Positions 50,346-62,924 of a stretch of 64,000 nt of DNA are shown in pieces. The first letter of the stretch is position 1; every line of letters starts with the position of its first letter. A program made the position numbers and the translations under genes. Below the pieces are notes generated by a model. It saw nothing but the letters and a program-made list of their open reading frames with translations, searched no databases and was not told the DNA's origin. Source of the DNA: Cystobasidiomycetes sp. EMM_F5 (taxonomy: Eukaryota); the NCBI GenBank assembly GCA_051047955.1, contig JBPGPT010000018.1:186001-250000 (forward strand), written 5' to 3'.

Positions 50346-52089
50346 GCAAGTACGGTGTCTGCTGTAGCCTGTTGTACGATAAGAGGTAGATTGAATGTAT
50401 TGCAGATCAGAGTGAGAAACCCATGATGTGCTCTTCAGCTTTCGTTGCCCGTATTGTCATTGATTCTATCATCTCTGTGTGTGCGAGGACAACCAAAAGA
50501 TGGTCTGCTGGTCAGGCCAACACAAACATATGAAGATCACATAGCAAAAAGCGCCACCAATTTTGACAGAGCAAAGAAAGACCAGTGACAGAGTTCGAAA
50601 GATTACGGCTTTTCGCAAGATATTAGTGATCTCGCGCAATATGTCAGCAATGTAGCGGTAGTATTCTTAGTATTTCGTTATCTTTCTGGGATATTGCAGA
50701 AGCTTGCGGGATCTTGCGCTGGTATAGCCAACATTGCGAGTTGGGAGGCCAAATCTACGACGATTTGAAACCGCCTAAGTACCTTTTTACCCACAGCCCG
50801 ACAATGCAACCGCCGACACAGCTACAGCAGCACGCGCCAACGGCCCCGACACACTTTACACACCGCTCTCCTTTGCGGACATCGCCTCGTCGAGCCGGCA
50901 GCGACTTCGACTCAGCACCTACCACTCTGGACCGATTCGCCCCCGGGCCCCAGCACGGCTGCGACACTTATCATTACGGCAGAGACTGGCAACAACCTCG
51001 TTGCGCGTTCTAACGGTCTATGGTTGCCTCGCTAACATCTGCTTGTTCGCTCCGAGCGTACAAGACTGACGCTGTTGATGGCTCGCTGACCCCTGACAGA
51101 CCAAAAGTCTTAACTTGCACTGACAACGACAGCAACGTATCCTGAAGCTGCAGGCACCTATCACAAGATATCCGATCACTTCAAGCGATGCTTGAGCGCT
51201 CAATGACGTGAGTTCCCTTCGACATCCTTGCAGATCATCGTTTGTAAGACCCGTACTAATGCTCCTCTATAATGACAGACATGCCAATCTGCGGTACCTC
51301 CGGTTGTTATTCGGATGTGCAAGTCGTTACTTCGGCGCGAGCGAGTTGGAGAGTGTAGTGACCCATGTAAGTACCGCCAGGCTCAGGCGCTGGGTAGTAT
51401 AGTTGCAATGTAGCTGTAAGATAGCAACTACAATGTTGTACGTTGCAAGACAAGCATCCCTACCATCCTGGCGCCGCTGCTGCTATAGCAAGCATCGAAA
51501 GACTCCGCAATACGAAGGTTATCTTGCGCTGCTATTTTTTCTCTTGCGCAAGATGACCGTGATGTTGCGAACATATTAAAATGATCTTTAGCGGCTTGCG
51601 CGATACGACAACATAGCTCTGGTCATTTCCGGTCTGTCTATGCTCTGCCTACGCTCTGTCAAAATTGGTGGCTTTTTTTACGATGCATGAATCACTGAAG
51701 TGTCAGGAAGGCCGTCGTCGTTGACTGCAGTTGGGACTCAATCAACAGCATCATGCAAACGTTTGAAAGTCGCGCAAATTCAACTGGGCCGACCACTAAG
51801 GTCGACAGCATCTAAAGCCTGGCGGGTTAGACAACACCGTCCGACATGCATGCGCAGACATTCTCCGCCGTTGCATCGCGCGACTCACGTTGCGTGGTGT
51901 CAACGCCCGGGCAGTGTTTTCTGCCAGCGGATGGCGCAGCTTTCCGCATAACGCACTTACGCAAGGCTGAGACGTAAAGCCCGAGCTGGGCTGACGTAGG
52001 TTACTCCCGTTACGGCCTACTTTTGGCAAATCACCTGTTGCTTTTCCTATCCGAACTCGTCTTTACATACCAGACCATACACATCATCG

Positions 52090-52755
52090 ATGAGTGCTAA
52101 TCCTCTCGGCCGGGGTCGTGCCAGCTCTGTCGCCTCCGATCGCTCGCAGACTGTATTCTCTGGCGAAATGCGGCCTCCCAGCACACGTACAACTGGCCAA
52201 GGCATGGATTCCAACATCAGATCCAGGTCGAAAAGCCCAGAACGCAAGTATACCGTCATCGTTGGCAAGATTACCGGCGTGATCGCCCGACGTGCGGGAC
52301 CTAAGGGCGCCGTGGAGACTGTCGTCACGTTGGAAGATGCAGTGACTGTACATGACGCACTGAAAGGCTGCCGGCCGACGCAGTCACTCAATTACGTCTC
52401 TGTGGTGCAAGCAACCTACCCTGTTTTGAACAACACGCCTCAGGCGAAGGCGCTACAAGTGATATGGCCAGCTGACATTACGCAAGAATGCAGGGTTAAC
52501 GAGTACTTTGTCGCTGTTGGCTACGAGAATGGCGGTGGTTACATCGGCGAGTTTCGCATAACGAGAAGTTTCAGGCCGTCACCGTCTGAAGCAAAGCGCA
52601 GTCCTTGCTACGACGCGTTGGGCAACTCTATGAGTCAATTTCTGGAGCAGCACCAGCTGTGCAGATTCCGGGTGCAAGTAGCCCCGCGTCGCCAGTCATC
52701 CAGGATCCGCAAGAGAGAGGAGCCTGTGAGAGACCGATCTGCCAGTCCTCGTTGA
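52090..52755 (+). CDS. Orphan protein D (221 aa, intronless), paralog of C
   Basis: KYTVIVGKI..ETVVTLEDA..LQVIWPADITQECRVNEYFVAVGYE..GEFRITRSFRP..FRVQ..RDRSASPR aligns with C along its length. Confidence 0.75.
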   Translation: MSANPLGRGRASSVASDRSQTVFSGEMRPPSTRTTGQGMDSNIRSRSKSPERKYTVIVGKITGVIARRAGPKGAVETVVTLEDAVTVHDALKGCRPTQSLNYVSVVQATYPVLNNTPQAKALQVIWPADITQECRVNEYFVAVGYENGGGYIGEFRITRSFRPSPSEAKRSPCYDALGNSMSQFLEQHQLCRFRVQVAPRRQSSRIRKREEPVRDRSASPR

Positions 52756-53312
52756 TGGTCGTCTGTTTCGGCGCGTCAAGAACGTGCCAGTTGAAGGTCA
52801 GTGAAGGAGGTTGAGGATGGCTAGATACATGACAGCCTGCTGTGTTGTGCAATGCGTAGTATGTGATGCGAAAAAGCCACATTGTATGTCATCTTTTACA
52901 TACATTATTGCTGCACGAAGTCACATGAAAGATATTGTGCGCACATGATTTTGAGCTCGCGACAACCCAGACGGCGATGGAGCGGGCATTGGGGAGGGGA
53001 ACGCGGGCGTCTGGAGCGTCAGAGCGGGAAGCTTCGATGATACTGACTACGGTCAGTCGAGGAAGCTGCAGTCTTTTGGCAGAGTCTCGAGGACTGACGC
53101 CGTCATTCGAATACTAATATATGAAATAGATGGTGGATCCGAGACGGCAGTCGGGCGGCTTTCAGGACGAGATGCCATTGGGGAGTGCTCCGTTTCAGTA
53201 TGCAAGGTGAGTATGGCGTAAAAGGATTGCTTTCGAATACTATTTGACGACTGTTCCTGCCCAATATCCTCCTGGTCACGCTGCAACCAAAACATTCGAC
53301 AATACAACAACC

Positions 53313-54415
53313 ATGGACCCGCTCACGATGGCGGCCATGCTGCAACTGAACGCAATGGATCCATCCCTCAAACCCGGAATCCGACACGATAGCAGCAACC
53401 AGCCGTATCAGCACCTGATGGGCCAGCAGCACCAGCAGGCGTCGAGCAGCAACCTCAATCAGAGCAGCAACGGGAGTGGCAGCACTCCATTCAACGCAAT
53501 GCATCTCCCACCCATGCCCATGCCTTCGTACGATCCTACAACCGCGTTTGCTGCAGTCTCGTCGCTCAAAGTAGGAGACCCTTCGTCGGCTGTCCCGAGG
53601 AAGAGCAACCCCAGCAGGACGACGGGGAATTCAGACTACGACTACCTCGCAGACTTTGCGCAGATGACTGAGCCTTCGAACAGCACCCTGCTTGGCGGGA
53701 ACGCTGCGAAGAAGCCCATCAAGTCGGTCATTCCCCCTTACAATATGGCACTGGACGACGAGGACGAGTCGGAGGACGGCGGGCACGACGCAGACTATGT
53801 ACCTTCTGCCGGTGTGGACAGTCTCGGTGGACCGTACTCTGCCATGACTTCCCTTCCGACCGGCACAACCGATGCCTCGTTCTTTGACGCTTTTGGCGGT
53901 GAGGCCGGCGAAGGGATGGACGACGGGAGCGGGGACGCGAGTCCCGCCGATGCAAAGTTTCCGCGAAAGGTAGGGCGGAAACCAAGAGCGACCCAAGCTA
54001 CGAGTGGTATTGCCAAAGACACGCAAGAGTACCAGCGTCAGCGCAAAGAGAATCACGTGGGTTGCCCGTCTCATCACGGGGTCTGGGTTTTCGAGGCCTA
54101 ACACTACAATTGCAGAAGAATGTCGAAAAGAAGCGGAGAGAGACCATCAACGACGGCATAAAGAGGCTGGCGTGTCTAATCCCCAACGCCGACAAGAACA
54201 AGTCGAAAATCATAAACCAGGCGGCCGAGTACATCGAGGGGCTCAAGCAGAGCGAGACGGAGAATATCGAGCGGTGGACGCTCGAGAAGCTCAAGACGGA
54301 CAACAGCATCAGAGACCTGCAAGCGGAGAGGGAGGAGCTGCGCGACCAAATCAAGAGCAGGGACACGCAGATTACCGAACTCCGGCGGCTGCTGCAAAAC
54401 ATGTCGGCGAGGTAG
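53313..54415 (+). CDS. CBF1: bHLH-zipper transcription factor, Cbf1-like; 5' end uncertain
   Basis: RQRKENH|KNVEKKRRETINDGIKRLACLIP..KNKSKIINQAAEYI..ETENIERWTLEKL. H-E-R basic residues are intact, and the ENIE(K/R)WTLEKL motif is characteristic of Cbf1-like proteins. Confidence 0.82.
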
Positions 54416-54551
54416 CGGCTCGAATGACGATTACGACGATACTACATTATCCATCCTTACGACGTGCTACTGTGCAGTGTGCTCGCAGTGTCCATATTGT
54501 TGTCATTGTTGTCGAGTGCTGCAGCAGGCTACAACGACTCTGCTTCGTGCC

Positions 54552-55712
54552 ATGTCGGATGGTGACCACGATGGAGCCCCAGAGATATGTCTGGATGCTC
54601 GACCCGCTGCCTCATCCTCGTCGTCCAGCCTGAGCCGCGTCAAGCCCATCCCACTATCGTTTCGCTGCGACACAAGTCTCACATTCTCGTATGAACCGTC
54701 GGGCGATGGGGTCGACACGAACCTCTTGATCCTGCTGCACGGTCGTGGAGATAACGAGCAGCCGTTTGCAAAACTTGCAAAGTCGCTGCAGCTCCCTCAG
54801 ACGGCAACGCTGGCAATACGAGGACCGCGGACTGTTCCTCTGCTCGACGACCATGAGAGAGAATGGTGGGAGGAGACGGATTACATGGGCATGGGTGAGG
54901 TGTTTGATGTAAAGATTCCGGTACAGTGCGATGTAAATGCTGATTGGAACATTACACCCTCGTCCGCAGATGTTCCCAATCCTGACCCTTCTGCTGCCGT
55001 AAAGCTGATGGTGTCCATCCTGACGGAGTTGACAACGGCTGTCCAGTCTAGTGGAAAGACTGCCTCAAGTACCTGGCGCATGTCGGACATTCACTTGTTT
55101 GGTTTTGCTCAGGGAGGATCTCTTGCTATCGAAGTTGGCAGGGCAATTCATCGCCGCACCTTTTCAGCTATTCCCGGCGAGGAGGGCACAACACTCGGTT
55201 CCATCATTTCAATACAAGGTTCACCTATGACACTGCCTACATCCGGGACGTCTCCCACGTCTACGCCAATTCTCTACGTTTCACGACCGGCAGCGAATCA
55301 AGCCAAAGCGCACGCGGATCTAGCTTCACTACGTAGAGCGTACAAGAAGGTCACAGACATTGCACTCTCTCGCAAAGAGGGGGATGCACTGTCGATGCTC
55401 GGCATGCCTCGTGACCGAGGGGAATGGCAACCCGTCATGTATTTCTGGAGTGAGAAGCTTAAACGGAAAAGCGCATGGGAGCTCGATGGTGATTTACTGG
55501 AAGTTACGCGAGGTGCATCAAACGTACCCAGTATTTCTCCCTTGGTGAATGCGCCTCGATATGGTCAAGACAAGGTTAGTTCACATGGCCGGACTGCAGA
55601 TCCTGACGCGCCCAATCCAGCGTCGGCAGAGTCAAGCGCGTCAATACCGTCAGCACAAACAGTGCCGGTCAAGGGACTCAAACGCGGCTTCTTGTCGAAA
55701 GGCTTGGCTTGA
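54552..55712 (+). CDS. Phospholipase/carboxylesterase-like alpha/beta hydrolase with GFAQG in place of GFSQG
   Basis: NLLILLHGRGD, LQLPQTATLAIRGP, IHLFGFAQGG, MPRDRGEWQPVMYFWS; probable in-frame 75-nt intron 54895-54969. Confidence 0.82.
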   Translation: MSDGDHDGAPEICLDARPAASSSSSSLSRVKPIPLSFRCDTSLTFSYEPSGDGVDTNLLILLHGRGDNEQPFAKLAKSLQLPQTATLAIRGPRTVPLLDDHEREWWEETDYMGMGEVFDVKIPVQCDVNADWNITPSSADVPNPDPSAAVKLMVSILTELTTAVQSSGKTASSTWRMSDIHLFGFAQGGSLAIEVGRAIHRRTFSAIPGEEGTTLGSIISIQGSPMTLPTSGTSPTSTPILYVSRPAANQAKAHADLASLRRAYKKVTDIALSRKEGDALSMLGMPRDRGEWQPVMYFWSEKLKRKSAWELDGDLLEVTRGASNVPSISPLVNAPRYGQDKVSSHGRTADPDAPNPASAESSASIPSAQTVPVKGLKRGFLSKGLA

Positions 55713-56016
55713 AGACTAGACGGGGGTGACAGCCAGAGTGGATGGCATGGCCGCAGCCGAGGCATATCCCTCACATGCCCAGGAGTACCATGACACAGCC
55801 TGTGGATACGGTATGTTGCAGTCAGGAAAGAACAACGTTCCACTGTAGGATGAAAATAGGGGTTTGCATGTTAGCTCTCCACTCGGTCATAGCCTTGAAG
55901 CACCTTGTACTCAGTCTCATTAGACTGAAATACTGCGCACTTCTGCAGACGACAGAGAGCGCAACCTGGCTGCGGGCTGAGCGTTGAGCTGGGTCGTAGT
56001 CGCTGCAGTTTGACCG

Positions 56017-59000
56017 ATGGAGAACAGCCAAATGCACAGCCATAGTCCTCTGGGTGGGCAGTCCAACGATGATGGTCACGGCAGTCAGCCAACGCGCAAG
56101 ACGTCGTCGTCGTCAAAGTCGACGACCAGCTTTGATAGCCCGTCTGCGCCGGTGGGAGGACTGGCGTCGAATAATGGTCAGACAGGAAACAGCAGCAACA
56201 CCAGACCAACACGCCCGAAACCGCTGCAGAGGCTGTCTGGACTGCCGCAAGCCTTCAAGATCAACTTTCGCAAGGGCAGCAACCGCATGGTCACTCCCAT
56301 CGACGCATCTGAACCGCTCGGCTTGCTGTGCGTCCGCATACTCGGAGCCAGAGGGCTGGCGGTGAAGGACCGCAACGGCAAGAGTGACCCTTTCCTGCAT
56401 ATAAGACTGGGCGAAGGACGGGCAGAGAGCGACGTCGTAAAGGCGTGCTTGAATCCAGCTTGGGGCAGCATCGACGAAGAGCCATTCAAGTCGACCTTTG
56501 TCCCAGATGGTAAGGCTCACAAGGAAGCATTCTGCGTGGCTCCAGTATGGCGAGAGACTGTACGGCGTACTCGTATCGAAGTGGTCGTGTGGGACAAGGA
56601 CAGCTTCAAAAAGAATGAATACATGGGAGAGATCAGTCTTTCTGCGGATGAATGGGTCAACGCGGTCGAAGACAGGCTAAACATTGCATACAATGATCCA
56701 GGCAACCAGGTGCGCCTCCTTTTACGACAATGCTCTCGAATCACTCATCTGATAAGATTGCCCGCCAGGCACGGTGGCGTCCCCTCGTCTCCTCACGAAA
56801 GAGATCTGAAGTCTCTGGCGAACTGCTCGTCAAAGTAGGCTGGATTGGCTATCCACCAATGTCGCCAGAGACGAGCAGAAAGCCATCAAACGGCGGGCGA
56901 CGAGCATCATCGTCACCTGAGAGGTCGATGCATTCGACTACCGTACTGAGTGCAACGGCTAGCGCATATACTGCTACGTCCCACATTGCAGCAAGTACAG
57001 TTGCAGACTACTCCGTCAAGCATCGTATGACTGCCGAACAGGAAAAGACAGTCAATGATGTCTTGATGCAGTCTGTGCTGCTCGACAAGTTTGCTTCGCT
57101 CGGTCTCGGAGCGACAGTGAAGAATGCGAGCCCTGTTGGAAGGCTACGAAGTGGTTCAATATACTCCAAACAATCGACCAAGCAAGAGATGGTGTTTGAC
57201 GCTCCCCCAGTATGTTTGATACTGCTGCTTTGCATCGTTACAACGTGACTGACGGGAATCCCAACCCATCATAGAATGAAGGAGTGGGGACTTTGCGTAT
57301 CGGAGAAAAGTACAAGGGCGCATTAAGCCAGTCCATCACTGACCGTGGTGACCTCTACGACTCGGACTCGTCCGACATGACGGAAGCAGAACATGGTAAT
57401 CATGATCACCTTGATGCTCATTACTCGAGCGATTCATCCGCGATGGATGGGTCAGATGCCGGCGGTGACGCCGACGATTACTTTGACCTGGCTCTGGGTA
57501 TGCAAGATGCGCCTAAAGTCCCGCAGACTGCCGCTGCGCAGCTCCAGTCACATACCGTGCAGGGTGTAGCTAGTGAAGGTTCTCAGCAGCTGCTCGTTCC
57601 TAGCGCTCCAACAACGCCTGGTCTGCAATCTTCGCAGAAGCGTAGATTGGGAGTGCCCGGATTTTTGAAGAGAGCATCAAGTTTCAGTTCGATGCACCGC
57701 CATAGTACTTCTATGCCGTCTCTTCCGGCATCCTCCTCGCAGGACGTCCCGACTCTGGCGGTGGATGGTGTGCCTGGATCTGGTGCGAGCACACCTGGTC
57801 TGATGACGCCAGGAGCTACTACTCCAGGCGCGTATCGGCGCAAAAAGTTTACACGGCGTAAAGTGTACCTCGGCGTCGACGACTCTGCAGATGTAGGGGG
57901 TGTCACTGTCGATGGCAAGCGTGGGAAAGGTGGAGATAAATCGAAGAAGCAGGCAAAGACGGGTACGCGAAGAAAGGCAAGTCAGCTATCTCCTATCGAA
58001 AAGGATAAGGGAGGATTGTCTACTGGCGCTCAGGATGAAGAAACGCTTGGTATTGTCTTCCTTGAAAGTAAGGCTTGTCATACCATTAGAGCGGCAACCC
58101 AACGAAACTGATCTCGCCCGTTTGTAGTCAAAGGTGCAAGCAATCTGCCAAGGTGGCGAAACGTTACTCGCACAGGCTGGGACATGGATCCTTTCGTGAT
58201 CGTGAGGTACGGATGATCGTCATGCAGCTCCCTTTCTTGTTTTTGGCTTGGCTGAACTTTGCGCAAACACTGTAGTTTTGGCAAGAAGATCTTCCGCACT
58301 CGCGTCATCCGACATTCGAGGAATCCAGTATGGGACGAACGACTATTCTTCCACGTTCAAACCCACGAACACGCTTATCAAGTCTTGTTTACGATTCTCG
58401 ATTGGGACAAACTTAGTTCAAACGTGAGCAACCACTTTCGTGCGACTAATCGCCTGTATACTTATCATATATCAGGACTACGTCGGTGAAGTATCGCTGT
58501 TGCTCAAGGAGTTGACGGACCAGGCACCGAAGCCGGACCCCGAGACAGGCGTTTTCAAGGTCCACCACGACGGCAAGATATTTGGCGACGATCTCCGAGA
58601 TCTGAGTCTGAACATCTCATCAAGATCACCGGAGTTGGAGGATGACAAGACTCGCATGAATCTGCAGGTCCGCGCCAAGTTCACTCCTTATTCCGCTCTG
58701 CGACAACGCTTTTGGCGTACTTAGTGCGTTGTTGACTCACTATGGCCGAGGGAAATTGCTAAAATGTCGGGATTTGTCAGTTTGAAGCAATACGATACAG
58801 ATGATTCGGAGAGCTGGTCCCTCGTAGAGCTGCTCACCATGCTCGACTCTTTGGGTTCGACAATGACACGCGCTACTATCGAGTCCTTCTTTACGCGCTT
58901 CAACAAGACTCCCGAGCAGTCTCTTTCCATTGACGAAGCTTTGATCTGTCTGGAAGACCAGCTCACGAAACCTCGCAGCGAGAAGCGCGAGGTCGACAAG

Positions 59001-60998
59001 GTCTCCGCGGCCGAGGCTACTGACGGTGGTCATGACGCCACGTCATCGCATTCCGGTGCTGGCACACCTAGCCCAGAGCTGTCCCTGGCCGACAACGCTA
59101 CCGGATCTGGCATGTCCTTCACCGGCTTGCCCCTTACAGGCGAGCCTGCGAACGGCGTACCAGCCAAAGACCAGCCTGCGAGCGGCATAGACACCTTTGA
59201 TGCGACTAGTGCTCAGCATCTACAACAAGACGCGTCAAGCTCGTCCTTGCGATTACCTGGTATGACCCCGTCGCGACAGTCGTCCGTTCTTACCGAAAGC
59301 GGCGCAGAGAGCGGAGTCGAGCATCAAGAGCTAGAAAAGATCATCAACATCCGCACATGCCCGCTTTGTCACAAACAACTGCACAAGAAGGCAGAAGTCG
59401 ATATGGTTTCCCATCTGGCAGTGTGCGCTAGCCAGGACTGGAGCTCATTGAACAGTTTGACGGGTAAAACCTTTACCCCACATTGTTTGGTGCTCAATAC
59501 TGATGGGCTTCGGAATATGTCCAGTCGCAAACTTCGTCTCGACATCGCAAGCACAGAGAAAGTGGTTCTCAAAATTCGTAAACAAGGTTTCCAACGGAGC
59601 CTACAAGCTTGGCGCGGTAGGTCGAACTTAGCCCGCATGCTAATATTCAACCGCTGAATTATCTCTTGTGCACTGAACAGGATTCTGCAAACATACTGGT
59701 GCAAAACAGAATGACTGGGCAATTGCAGGAGGAGAAGATGCAAGTATACGTCCGCGTGGGCATACGCCTTTGGTATCGAGCTGCGGGCAGCTCAAGCCGC
59801 ATGGAGGCGAATAGAAGTAGGTCCCGGGCAAAGCATGCCAGATCAACAAATTCTGAGCTTGTCTTTCACAGTCAAAAAGCTTCTGCGGAATATGACAACA
59901 AAGCAAGGTGCCAAGTTCAACGCACCCGAGTCGGTAGCAGAGATCGAGCGTTTCATTGCCTTCCACGGCCTTGACATCAACGAGATTCTCGAACCTCTGG
60001 ACTCTTTCAGTATGCAGCAACGCTTCTAGTCGATTTGGTTGGCGGTTCTAACTTCGTCTACAGAACATTTCAATGCCTTCTTTTACCGAAAGTTGAAGCC
60101 GGACGCTAGGCCGTGTGAAGATCCAGACGACCCAATGACATTAGTCTCGAGCGCCGATTGTCGCTTCACCTGCTTCCAAACTATACACGAAGCTACGCAG
60201 TTATGGATCAAGGGTCGTACTTTTACAATCAAGAAGCTTCTTGGTGACATGTACAAAGACGAAGCTGCAAGATACGAAGGCGGATCTGTGTGCATCTTTA
60301 GGCTGGCGCCTCAAGTACGTTGTCTGCGAGGCGATCATACGACGTTGGAGACCAGCATTACTGACGCTGCTCTGCCAGGACTACCACCGCTATCACAGTG
60401 GTGTGGACGGCAAGATTGGCAAGATGTCTGCTATATCGGGCGAGTACTATACCGTAAAGTAAGATTGTAGCGTCATAGCTATTAGAATCGGCTCTTATTC
60501 CCTTTTCGCCAGCCCGATTGCAATTCGTTCAGGGTAGGTACTGTCCTTCATCGGGCTTTAGGGACTGTGCACTTACATTCTATCGCAGACTTGACGTCTA
60601 TGCCGAGAACGCACGCGTGATTGTACCGATGGACAGCCCCGCTTTCGGTCGCGTGATGAATGTTTGCATCGGTGCGATGATGGTGGGCAGCATCGATTTC
60701 ACGAAGAAGGAGGGCGACGAAGTCAAACGGGCAGAGGAATACGGTATGGTCCGCATTCACAGCCATGTGCATCACAGCTGACGGAATGCCTAGGTTATTT
60801 CGCTTTCGGAGGCAGCACGATCTTAATGCTGTTTGAGCCAAACACGGTTCGCTTTGACAATGTGAGGAGAAGGCTATCTCACGGTTCTAAGTATGCTGCT
60901 GAGTGTTTGACCCTTTCCTGTAGGATCTCGTCAACAACTCGAGGGCATGCATAGAAACGCTGGTTCGGGTCGGGATGCGAATCGGCAAACGCGCCTAA
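56017..60998 (+). CDS. PSD2: Phosphatidylserine decarboxylase 2 (two C2 domains, EF-hand-like region); multi-exon
   Basis: C2 [10 protein letters not shown], second C2 [58 protein letters not shown], autocleavage motif GYFAFGGST; stop at 60996-60998. Confidence 0.96.
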
Positions 60999-61182
60999 GT
61001 AGTCAAAGGCATTTGGGGAGTTGGCAGCTTGATCAACCCTCGTTGTAGCATAGTTCAGAACAATCTAGACAAGCTTGCGAACTGCTCCGCGAATGCAAGT
61101 ATCGATCATTACGAGGTCTGTTGATTTGAGTAAGTACGGCACAGTTGCAATTCTGACTCTTCCACACTACATGCTGCCCAGC

Positions 61183-62640
61183 ATGTCTGAATCACTCAGC
61201 GTCGCAAACGCACCCGACGCGCTCGTCAATGCCGCTGCGAAAAAAGCTGCGAAAAGAAAGCGGTTCGAAGATGTGTTTCCGCTGCTCAAGGACGAGCTGC
61301 TGCAATATCTCGACAGCTGCAAGATGCCGCAGGACGCGCGAGACTGGTACGATAGAGTGAGTAGCTGGCTAGCTATCGGGTTATCGAAACATCTCAAATT
61401 GAACGGCGCGACTGCTTTTCAGAATCTCGAGTACAATACTCCCGGAGGTCGGCGAATCACAACAAAGCGAGCATTCCGACAAAAGCGCTGACCTTTGAAA
61501 GCAGGCAAACTGAATCGCGGCCTGTCCGTTGTGGATACTGTCGAAATTCTGAAAGGGTCTGAGCTCACGGAGACTGAATATTTGCATGCCGCCATTCTCG
61601 GATGGTGCGTCGAGCTTGTGAGTGCATCCATGTGTGCTTCCTTGACCCCGCGACGGTTCTCTGATGCCGAAAGTACGTGCCAGCTCCAAGCATATTTTTT
61701 GGTCGCGGACGATATGATGGACCAAAGCATAACGCGACGGGGTCAACCCTGCTGGTATAAAGTTGTATGTAATAACCAGTGCGCGCCTCTGTCATTGCTT
61801 AGAGGGCCTTTGCATCCCTTACACAGGAAGGCGTCAGCAACATTGCTATAAACGATGCTTTCATGCTCGAAGCTGCGATATATTTTCTACTCAAGAAGCA
61901 CTTCAGAAGGCAACCCTACTACGTCGACTTGATTGAACTTTTCCACGACGTGCGCGGCAATCGATGGAACATCTCACGCTTATCTGACAGGTGTTGTTTA
62001 CAGGTCACCTTCCAGACAGAACTCGGTCAGCTCATCGACCTGATAACAGCTCCAGAAGACCATGTCGACTTGTCCAAATTCTCCCTGCAAAAGTGCGTAA
62101 TGCGCCATTCGCAACTAGGCATCATTGACGTTCTTTTTCATGAGCAGACACTCGCTTATCGTTATATACAAGACAGCCTTCTACTCCTTCTATCTCCCCG
62201 TTGCGCTCGCCATGCACATGTCTGGTGTGACAGACGAAGCTGCGTTCAAAACGGCGGAGGACTTGTTGGTTCCCATGGGCGAATACTTTCAGATCCAGGA
62301 TGATTTCCTGGATTGCTATGCTGACCCAGAGGTACTGGGTAAAATTGGCACAGACATCCTGGACAACAAGTGTAGTTGGGTCATCAACACGGCTCTGGCA
62401 AACGTTACACCGGAACAGAGGGCCATTCTCGACGAAAACTACGGTCGTAAAGACGCGCAGGCCGAACAGCGATGTAAGCAAGTCTTCCAGCAAGTCGGCA
62501 TACCGGACAAGTATGCTGTATATGAAGCAGACTTTTATCAGAAGATCAATGCGCAGATTGATGCGGTTGACGAGAGTCACGGTCTGAAGAAGGAGGTGTT
62601 GCGGAGCTTCTTGGCAAAGGTGTACAAGCGGTCAAAGTAG
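61183..62640 (+). CDS. ERG20: Farnesyl diphosphate synthase (start 61171 or 61183)
   Basis: [88 protein letters not shown]. Confidence 0.97.
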
Positions 62641-62924
62641 GTATGATTCAGAATAGTCACCTAGCGGATCGTCCCAGCTTGTCATTTTCGTACGGTCCAA
62701 TTACTCAGGATACAGATCTAATCAGATAACGCTCCGAAGTCGCGCCAGGCACCAATAAGCATTGCCTGCTCGCAACGCTGAAATGAACATGTTTTGCCTT
62801 GCTGATCGTTCTTAAAGTATCGAAAAACGGTCATAAGGCCCGTGTTCAATACGGCCTTGCCCCTCACATGGCCATCTATCGAGGGAACCGTTCAAATTGC
62901 TTTTGCAACAGCGACAATCCGAGC

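Noticed and set aside
50803..51400. Possible fifth gene inside the orphan cluster (MQPPTQLQQH..)
   Set aside because: Only 69 codons, no coherent splice model found, and no family motif.
54552..62640. Hydrolase + PSD2 + ERG20 as a lipid/terpene biosynthetic cluster
   Set aside because: These are primary-metabolism genes, and no terpene cyclase, P450 or other tailoring enzyme lies nearby.
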